DNA from: Ramazzottius varieornatus
Taxonomy: Eukaryota; Animalia; Tardigrada
Length of the DNA stretch: 64,000 nucleotides
NCBI GenBank assembly: GCA_001949185.1
Contig: BDGG01000013.1
Location: forward strand, 1,127,226-1,191,225
Direction of reading: 5' to 3'
Shown: piece by piece, positions 35,756 through 45,768 of the stretch
Numbering within the stretch: the stretch's first letter is position 1
Layout of the letters: the number at the start of each line of letters is the position of its first letter
Translations under genes and position numbers: made by a program
The notes under the pieces: model-generated
Told to the model about the DNA's origin: nothing
What the model saw: the letters and a program-made list of their open reading frames with translations, nothing else
Databases searched by the model: none

Positions 35756-38293
35756 TCATGACAGCAGGCTCTTGATCTTCTGTCGGAAGTTCTTTAAGGA
35801 AGCACTGGACATGGCGGCCAGTGTGGGTGAGGTATCTGACGACGATGCGGCCGACGAGGAAGAGGTCGTGGGATCGTTGTTCTTGGTCGCATCGACGTAA
35901 GCAAGCGCAGCTGGTCTGTCATTAATTTCGTTTCTGTATAAAAATTCGGCGTCTTCCTCGAAAGACTTGTGGGAATTGGCAGCTTGGAATGCTAATGTCT
36001 TCTTGCGCCAGTTCATAAGCCATTGCTCCTTCAGCCGTCTGTAAAACAACGAAGTTGAAAACAACAGGAGGTCTCACGCGTTCAACAAAGGCTGTGTGAC
36101 CAATATGGGACCTAGGTAAAGAAACTAGGCAGAATCGTTTTTTCAAGTGGTGCTTTCTTCCAGCCAAAAATATGGAAATCATGCGCCACTTGGAAAAAAG
36201 TCTGGGCCGTTGTTTTGAAAAGCGGCGCTCTGTTGCAGTGTTCCTGGCTGTAAAAGTGCACCACTTGGGAAACGGTCTCAGCTCCTGTAGCTCCTATAGT
36301 GCCTCGCCTGGACAAGTCGTCGATATCCACCAGCTTGGAGTCCTGTTCCATATGTAGCTCGTCCCGCTCTTCCAAGAACCGCACTAATCTGTCATTAAGG
36401 CCTGTGGAAGAAAAGCAAGTATGAAATCCCGCGTGCGTGGAAGTTCCATTAGGAGAGCTGTAATGTGCAATCATGCAACTGATCAATTTGACACGCATAC
36501 TTTCAATTTGTTCCAGAAGGTCGTTCGTTGTGACTTGCAGATGGGACACGTTCATGTCACCGAGGAATGCTCGATCCAGACGGCTTTTCCCGTGAGGCAG
36601 CTTGATCTGCAAGAGAGTAAACTCAGAAAAAGGAATAATATATTACCCTTGACGAAGGGTGAGTTAGAAAAAGTTTAAGGGAAGGAAAGGCCATACAGGG
36701 TGAAGCAATCTCATTTCCTGGTAAACGTTCGAGATATGCAATGCGTATACTGCAATACCGAATATTCAAATGGAATACGTGTGCAATTTCAGTTTTGGAA
36801 ATTCTTATTAAAAGGAATAAGCCAAGAACCTATTTTATTTCGATTTTGAAGATTACCTTGGATGTGATGGGCGTTTTCTTTTGCCGGCGCCTCTGCCTTT
36901 GCGACTGGAGATGGATCTGTTGATGCGCTATTTGGATCTTTGATTGCATTTTCTGCCTCCATTGGGCTTGTACTTCCTCAAATTGCCCCATAATGAACTT
37001 ATCGCTTCGCTGCTTCTGCGACTCCATCTCAAACATGGACTGAGACTTGGGCATAGTGAATGACCCCATCGAATGCTTCGACGCTCCAAAGCCATCCGGA
37101 GGCGACCAGAAGTTATTCCCCAATATCGGCGGACCTTGCGCACTCTTCATCACCTTGTTACTGGTCAGAAGCTTGTCGGTCGATTCAGTCGAAGATCGAC
37201 CTGAGGATGACGAGTTCGGTCGGTTCTTCACAGGCAGATCGTTCAAGAAACATATCTGAAGATCCTTGTTGTTCTGTATGCGCGTCTTCAGACTCGGACG
37301 ATTTTGTAATGGGCGGATGACGAGCTGATCCGCTGGTCGATGTGGGCTAATCTTCCCATTAACATTGACGTAACCTGTGGCTTCATAACGGGAGTCTTTG
37401 GAGAAACGTCGGAATTTTGAGGCAGGGTCGACCTTGTGGAGAGCCACTTTGGTGGTGAACTCGTGGTTGAGATAGAACTCTTTATCGTTGTCGACTTCTT
37501 CGGTCGAAGTGGACTCGTTCTCGGAAGCGGGTTCGATGTTGAGTTCGCCGTCATCGTCGTCTTCTGAGGATGAAGAGGTCTGCAGGAAGCCACTCTTACT
37601 TTTGCGCATGCCGAGACCGTTCTTGGCGTCATCGCTAGCTAATTGACGGCGAATTTCTTCTCGAAGGTTTAAAGTATCCTGTAAAAAACCAAACATTGTT
37701 AAACGTATTCTGAGGGAAAAAAATTGGATAAAGTATTTTAAAGACTGATCGACGTAAAGAAGAATACATGTCTGCAAATGGGAGTGGGCAGATAAATTCG
37801 ACAAAGTCGTTCTCCCAAGTGGCTCACGCTATCAGCGGAAAACATGCGCCACTGGAGAAAACATTCTTTCGACGTTTATCCCAAGTGACGCACAGTTTCA
37901 ATACACTTGGTGAAAGAGTGCGCCACTTGAGAGAACAATTTTGTCCACTCTGCCTGCTCAGCTCTCCAATATCGAAATCTTTCGTTGACACATTCCGATT
38001 TAAAAAAGAACTGTTGTTGTAACCGAGCCTCGAACACATCTAATAACTTTAATGGTTGCAACTATACGCCGTGCAGGTCAGCAGTATTTTGCTGACGAAG
38101 TCTTACGCTGCATGTGGCTGGCACTTACGGATAGTCTTGATTGATGTATTGAGGTGCTTTTTCCGGCAAACAGTTCATCTTCAAGTTGTTGCCAGTTGAT
38201 GACTTCCACTTCCGATGTCTCGTCCCCATTGCCGTCCGGACAATGCTCCCTTCTGGAGCCGTTATCTTCTCCATTCACCGTACTTTCCATCAT
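35756..38293 (-). CDS. SCHIP1: Schwannomin-interacting protein 1 homolog
   Basis: Motifs NLREEIRRQLA, PSLKTRIQNNKDLQICFLND, AQHQIHLQSQRQRRRQKKTPI-like, LGDMNVSHLQVTTNDLLEQIE, LNDRLVRFLEERDELHMEQDSKLVDIDDLSR. Approximate exons 38293-38129, 37678-36858, 36608-~36501, ~36401-36308, 36038-35756. Confidence 0.88.
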
Positions 38294-39959
38294 TCCACAA
38301 AGATCCAGAATCAGCTTTCTCACAATGGACAATCCAAGTCGGGCACTCAAGAAATGTATAAAGACCGGAATAGGTCGATACAATGTAATGAATGTCTGAC
38401 ATCCACAGAAGCCTAATGGATTTGAACTATGCCGTAATGGCCATCGTCATAAAGTAGGGCAAGTCGCGCCAGGAGCACCACAACAAGAAGAAATTGAAAG
38501 TGACGGCCATTTTACACCCATGGTAGACACTATACAACGTTGCCAAATGTCGCACAAGCCTTCCTCAACATGTCGATGGGGGATATTTGAAGAAGCAAAA
38601 TATCTCTTGTCCAAATAAAAATTGGGCACAACAGTAAACTTCAAGCTGACGGCATTGCCTGCTTTACATGCATACTCATCTATCTTGGATCCGTTCAATG
38701 TACGACTTTCTCCGCTCTGTGTTGCTCTTGGCTGCCTATACTTCCCTGTGTTCCCACGTCGATAGTGCCTTGTAACGCCTTGCATACAGCACAAGACTGT
38801 AACAGTACTCTCTGGGCGAGAGCCTGTCCGATCATTCGAGCCTTGTATACCCACTCTTCGCTCTCCCTTCCTCCTTGACATCCTATGTTGCCTGATGAAT
38901 GACGGACTGGCAATGCCTTCCTACCCTCCAGCTCTAAATCCATCCTCTTATCTGATCCGTGCTGATGAACGGATGAAGGGGATTAGTAGGCTCCGCCAAT
39001 ATTGATACCCGAAGAAACGAAGAAACGGACCCGGCTCACGTGGCGGAAGACCCACCCGAGAGCCACAAAGCACCTTCACTGCGTGAAACGGTTTTGTTCA
39101 GCAAGAAAATAGAAATTTGTGTTCGATTGTGTAACTTTTGTTGAAAGATACTTCTTGACCAGATTGCTGAGAAGCTGGAATATTCTGCACCAATATCCAC
39201 ATTGGCGTTTCGATACAAGATGGTGTGCCGTACGCGGCGGAATCTGCCGGTAGGAGGTGGGAAAGTTCCTCGATTGTGGCGCCACGCTTTAGTACCAGAA
39301 TTCCTCATGTGCCCTGTACCACATCGAGTTCAAGGGAAACAAATGTTCGGTTTTTGCGGCATGCTTCTTATACCGTTAATATTACTAGTGGAGCCTTCCA
39401 ACGAGTTCTCAAACTTACCCATAGAACTCTTTAGGGCGGTCCAGAAGTGGAATAGATCATCTTAGACAGGGAGCTTTCACCTGGCCATGATTCCTGTAAT
39501 CCTGTTGTTGCAAATGCCACGCGTCTTTGCAGTTTACGGTTCGCGCTATCAGTTGAGCAGCCAACCTTCTTTCCTTTGACGGTGTAGGTTATTATCGTAG
39601 TTTGCTTATCCATTGCCACACCTGTAGTTTTAGGTATCTGTACTAACGAAATATCTGTTTTCCGTAAATCGAACTGGGATTCGAAGGCCTGTCGAATGAA
39701 GCAGCTTTCCCGAAAGGCCCGTTACAAACATTATAACCTCCTTATCATTGTAACCTTGAGGCTTCCGAATGCGCTTATGTAGTCTTTGATTTCCATACAC
39801 AAATGACGTCGATATTCAGCCTTACACGTGAATCTTCACTAGCCCGTTTCAATCTGCGGGATCCCGCTAATCCTGGAGTATCAGACTTGCAGTAACTTTC
39901 CAGCTTTACGGCAGTGGTCCATGCCAGAGTCAGATTAGCAAGCCGGAAGTGCAAGTTCA

Positions 39960-40920
39960 CGGCACCTGGTTATGGATGGGCGCAAGGACCAATGGTGCGT
40001 GGCTGCTGGAACTGTCGAAGAATGCGGTAATCAAAAATCTTTGTGCTGATATGGCTAACCGAATCCGGTTATGGAGCATTTCTTGTTGCACAGCTCGTTC
40101 AGCCAATCCGATACTTGTTGCAATACGTTGGCCAAGAGTAGGAGTTTCGACCTCACGCTTTCTAAACCACCATCGAAAGTATCTTCGATAACCAATGGCC
40201 CTTCGAGAAAGCGGTCACTGAGCTCGATATCTTCAACGTACGAACTGGATTGTGCTGTACCTGTGCCCGTCTGCGCGTATGAAATCCAGCATTATTACTT
40301 CCGGCTTGCGGATTCCTTCCCTTTTTAATCCAGAGGGAGACACTTGGCTGTACCGCCACAGGCCATTCTACGATACCTGGCTAGGAAATATGGACTTGGT
40401 AAGCTTTCCCACGCATCGCGCTATATAACAATCCGTAGCCAATTACTGGTTACGGGATCACTATTTTCACTGGCCAAAACCAAAGAAAGCGAAAAACTGC
40501 AGAATTTGAGCGGAACATTGCTTTGGGAAGTCAGCATCACAACCGAGATATGCCTGCATCTTCATCTACGAAAAAGGTCGCACCCGATCGACTTTGTAAG
40601 TACCTAGCTGCGATGTGAGAAACTGGATCGAAGAAGAACAATATGGGTTACCCATCGATTTATTATCTTATAGGGAGAAGCCAAGAAGCAGTTTGTGGAC
40701 GAAGTGCTCGCTTCGAAAATGTGTCTATTCGAGCATTGCAACTCGCTGGAAAACGAGAATCCCTTCCGTCTTGGGGACAGCATAACGTACAGTGATTTCG
40801 CCCTGTTTGCGGTACCATCCCATTTCCTCTTAATTCTGTCCAACTCTAGCCTATCGGTATAAGCAGTTCCTCGAATTCTCCTGAATTCTCCATCGTCTGG
40901 AGAAACAGCGTAGTCGCTGA
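39960..40920 (+). pseudogene. Mu-class glutathione S-transferase pseudogene
   Basis: LVQPIRYLLQYVGQE*EFRPHAF*..NQWPFEKAVTELDIFN (two in-frame stops); QAILRYLARKYGL followed by a gtaagc donor; GEAKKQFVDEVL..FRLGDSITYSDFALFA. Confidence 0.75.
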
Positions 40921-41875
40921 TACCTGAGATTTTTCTCGCAATTCTCGTAATTGACGCCCAATATAATCCATAATCCTCTTACAATTTAACTAGGTTTCGG
41001 CGGCCCAATTTTGATACGAACGTTCGCCAGTCTAATTGCTGAGGAAACGAGTTTGAAGTTTTGGGACCCCAAGGGCAAAGCTAAACTGTTGATGCAATCT
41101 GGCGTAACAGACATCGAGGAACACAATGCTGAAGTCCATTTGGCCATCTGACCACTGGTCAGATGACTTTGTCAGAAAACTCTGAAGTGATTCGAAGTTT
41201 GGCCTGGCAAGATTTCGACGTCACTACGACATCATACAGCCCGAATGCGCGTCTGCATCTGTTCGTACAATAAACCTTCATGTCGGGGTACTTCAGCTAC
41301 TGATCACCCCTGGATTTTTCGGCAAAATCTTCCTAGAAGGGCGAACATTTTTGTGGAACTTCTATTCGTGGCGAAGTGTGGCGGTTCTACCACGCGATGG
41401 CCTTGAGTATTTCGAACAATCCAATGTCAAAAACGTGCACTTTGGAAGCAAAAATGTCCATATCAAAATTGGGCCGCCGAAACCCAACAATTGTCTGTAA
41501 TCCAGTCCGTTAGATGATAGAGCCAGGCAGTACGTAATTACGCTTAGTACAGTAGACGGATCCGGCAAACGCAATCGCCTGTTCAAAGATGATTATCTGG
41601 AAGCAATGTTCTTTTCTGGATAATAAGGGGCATGCTCCGGCAAAGAGAGTGGCCTTCGTGTCGCCATATCACAGGGACAAATAATAGTTGCGGCCTGATT
41701 GCCCACGCTCTCTATACGTTTTGATAATTAAGTCACGCTATGCTATCTGTTTTCAGCACAGATCCGCTCTTCCGTCTAAACCTCACTTTTACTTGCCTGT
41801 GAACTGAACTTTCCTTGGACCCGAAAATGAAAGCTACGCATTACTCAGTATGATCGCACTCTTGTACTGTTCCCG

Positions 41876-44366
41876 ATGAAGGAACCGTTGCTGGAATTTG
41901 TACTTACATTGCTGACCATGACTTTTAGGACGCAGGGCGCCGTTTCATGCCTTGAAAGTTTCCAGTCTGAGCCCATCCATGTTGAAATCATAAGTGTGGG
42001 GAATATCCATCCTACTTCGATATCCAGCCTTCCCTACACAGCACCGGCCATGACTGTCGCTCTGGAGGAACTACGTCATTCTTTCGGGGACTCTGTCATG
42101 TTCAAGCATACCTTACTTTATGATGTGCGATGCCGCTCTTGCAATGATCTAACCGATAACGTGGACAGACTGGTGGCGGAGTATTATTACAGCCGTCAAG
42201 AACAGCCCAACGTCACAGCCTTCATCGCACCCGGATGCACGGAACGAATAAACTTTGCTAAACTGGTCCGTGGATGGAATCATCTCTTGATGATCGGGTA
42301 TATCGGTCGATAGCTCATATTGTACTGGAACTAAAAGAAATACAGTCACCTCTCATTGTACTAGCTTCTGCCTTTTGCTTTTAGCGGTAACGGTGAACTT
42401 ATTTTCCGGAATAAGCAGTTGTTCCCAAATGTGATTCTTGCTGGGAAAAACGCAGTCAAAAGCTACACGGACTTATTCAGAAGGCTATTCAGACAATTCA
42501 AATGGCGAAACATCTACATCATCTTGGATACTTCGGCCAAGCCCTTCCATCTGCTGCTTGCTCCGAATCTGCTGTCCGCTCTGGCCACGGACAGACGGTT
42601 CGATGTCAAGTACGCGAAGACCAGCGAGATTTCTTCCGAATCGGATTTTGACTCGAGTCTTCGTGATATTCAAGCTACTTCCCGTGGTAGGCAGATACAA
42701 CCCCCCCGACCCCGATCACTCGGCGCTGCCGAACGTTACGCAGGTTCAGAACTGACAGCAGGTTTTCTTGTACTGTAGTTGTTGTATTCTTCGGGTTTGC
42801 TGCTCGCTTTCGGACTTTTTTGGTAAGTCCATAGCCACGACCTAGCACTATACAGGGACGGCACCGTTCGCCATTAGCTATAATAGGTTAGAATTGCTGT
42901 GCTTCAGTTGAGAGCGAGGAGATCGAGGATGACAAACGGAGATTACGTAAGTATACATGCAAGGATTACGCCCCGGCTATCTACTGAGTTGGTCGTGCAT
43001 GCTCGTTCCAGCACTGCCTTTTCTCGATGTACCGAGCTGCCGTGCTGTCTATTCTTTTCACGTCCTTTATAACACGAGCCGATACTGGCGAGCTTTCAGC
43101 TGGAACTGATGGTCATTTTTGTCATTTCAGGTTTATTTTGCATGCGAACCTTTTCGACACAAGGACTACGGAGATCTCACGTGGCGCTACGGAGACCAGT
43201 TTGACGCTGTGCGTTTCAGCAGAAGACTTCTTTCCTCACTTAAGGGCAGCGTAGCTGTCTGCAATAAGAAAAGATCTGTATTTACGGTGATGTGACCTTT
43301 TCAGGAAGCGAGAGATGCTTTTCGGTCGGCCTTTGTCATCACTGCCTCGCCAGAACTCCCCGCGAACGTCACACTCATCCAAAGCCTCAATGCACGCTTC
43401 AAAGAGCTCTCCAAACATGACTACAATCTCACGTATGGTCCGAACGAGGAAGTATGAATTTTGCTTCTATACAGAAGTTCGGAAGAGGAATATGATTCTG
43501 ACCCTCCTTGACAATCTATTGATATTTAGTCAACCCCTTTCGTAACCGCCAGCTACGAAAGTTTCCTGCTTTTCGGAAAGGTAGGTAACACTTGACCAAT
43601 CATCAGATTACTTTCATCACATTTGTACTGTTGATTCATAGATATTGCAAGAAATTCTGTCCGGAAATTATTCTGACGACAGCCTCTGGCAGTTTCTCAG
43701 GAACGGAAGTGCCATGGCGGAGCTTTTCTCCAATCGTTCCTTCCAGTTGCCCACCACTACCATCGAGTTCGACGAGGTTGGGGAGCGTAAGCAGTCTCTT
43801 AACGTGAAGCAATTCCTCAACAATTCTAGTGATCCAACCACCGTATTACGTCTCAATGGTTCCGCCAAGACCTTTGACAGTTCACAGCCAATTTCGTGGT
43901 CGACGATTTGGCCGCCCTCTAACGAGCCACTTTGCGGCTTTTCTGGGATAAGTGGGTCTTGTACAAGTTCCGGTACGGCGACAAGACTGTGTCATCCGAG
44001 AACCAATATACCAGAATATGCTTATTGCAGGTTTCAGCACCTACAGCTACACTGTGATAGTGCCCTTCGTGTCTGGTTTACTGGCTGTGATGGGCTGCTG
44101 TTGCGTCGCGGCCCGCTTTCGGTAACACTAGCCCTACAACATCAGTATCCTCGATCAAGAAATGGTGGACGTCTGACAAGGAATCCCATTGCTTGTCTTG
44201 TTTTAGGCAGTCCATGATCATGCGGCAGAGTTTCCTGAAGGAAGTATTCTTGGAGCCTAACAGACTGGTGTTCAAACACCAGCGCGAAACCCCATCAACT
44301 GAATGGACAATGGATTTCGCGCGCAGCGGTGCCGTGGTTGTGGAGAAGAAGAAAATGACCCTCTGA
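41876..44366 (+). CDS. Natriuretic-peptide-receptor-like single-pass protein (ANF-receptor ligand-binding ectodomain, short cytoplasmic tail)
   Basis: Signal peptide; ectodomain motifs PAMTVALEEL, TAFIAPGC..FAKLVRGWN, FRNKQLFPN, LFRQFKWRNIYII, IEFDEVGER, PPSNEPLCGFSG; TM YTVIVPFVSGLLAVMGCCCVAA (exon 44031-44121); last exon 44207-44366 ending KKKMTL-stop. About 11 exons. Confidence 0.8.
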
Positions 44367-44950
44367 AGTCTCTTATTTAAATTTTGTGGTTATGAATGCT
44401 TGTGTGTTCGAGCAAATGGTACTTTGACGTCTTTTGGTGGATATGTGGTAGTTCTTCCGGTTACGTAGTACTGGTAGTGCGTACCCTTGATCTTCAGTCG
44501 GACGAACTGTGCGTCTGCGATGATTTCAATGCTGGTTGTTTGACAGTCGAATCATCTTTGGTAGTATGTGAGAAGAGTAGATGACACTATCGGCCAATTC
44601 GCTGTGTACACCGAATCCGAAACATACCTTTGGTACCAAAACTGGTGACTGAATGAAGTTATCAGCAGCACGTTTCTTGTTTGTCGTTCGAGCTAATCCG
44701 CTGTGTTTACCCCCGGATATTTACTGTACAAAAGCACAATGCATTCGTAGCGTACTCATGACAGATACCATTGTATGCCATCTCACCGGCACTATTGAAA
44801 CGACTTATCTTTTTCAGATGATTCATACCAAACTGACTCCGGCTCCTTGAAGTCCGCCAGAACTGCAATACTTAAGTCAGGTGAAAGCCATGCTGGGAGT
44901 GTATATCTGTCCTGGTTTCCAGTCGGCTGTATTTTTAAAAGTCAGCGAGG

Positions 44951-45658
44951 ATGGAGAAATTTAGCACTATAGTTTTTACTCTGTCTGCCTTGCTGTGCTG
45001 CTTCCTAGCCGCCTCGACAGGTACCCGTACCATCCATTAATTTTCTTTTGACATCTGTGCCTACTGTGCTTGCGGGTAGGGTAATTTCGATGCGACCTCG
45101 GTAATTCGTTCACAGCACCTTCTTTTAGTGGCACTGGAATGTTTTGACTGCAAAGCTGTCTCCAGGTTAAATGCATCGCCCAAGGAGTACACTTGTGCTT
45201 CCGAAGATCGTACCGCTCTACAAGAGTACCTGCGACTTTGTCGCCCTGGGGAAACTGTCTGCAAGTTCGAAAGGTTCTTCTCCAGTAAGTACCGCCCATG
45301 CTTCTCAAGGAAGGTCCATCTCAACGGCAGAGCACTGTGATATGACTTGACAGTAGCGAGTATTCAGTCGATTGTTCCTCTCGTAGATGACGAGGCCTAT
45401 GCCGACTCTGGTACAACCTACGCCTCATCCGCGCGTTTACGACGAAGCTGCTCACCACCGCCCACCGAAGCCAAGTACACGTTGCGCAGGTGGCACAACG
45501 TCACTAAAGAAGGAAAGGAATCAACGACGGAGGTCTTCTACTGCAATACCGACCAGTGTCTGGCCAGCGACAAAAGCTCCGCTTCCAACCTGCATACTTC
45601 CTGCTTGCTTAGCTTGCTGGCCATAGCCGGCCTACTATCCAAACATGTAGCCATGTGA
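44951..45658 (+). CDS. Ly6/uPAR three-finger-like, putatively GPI-anchored protein
   Basis: Exons 44951-45020 (signal MEKFSTIVFTLSALLCCFLAAST), 45129-45284 (ALECFDC..C..C..C), 45388-45658 (RRSC..FYCNTDQC, small-residue omega region, hydrophobic tail). Confidence 0.75.
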
Positions 45659-45768
45659 GCAGATGTTAACCGTGGGCACATTTTCAGAGTTTGCAAATAC
45701 CAGCCAGGGAAGTTTGCACTGTGTCATTATGAAAACGGACCAAATATGCCACGCCCAACCTTTTGTCT

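Noticed and set aside
38447-38943. ORFs upstream of SCHIP1
   Set aside because: No family motifs; probably non-coding or an unidentifiable relic.
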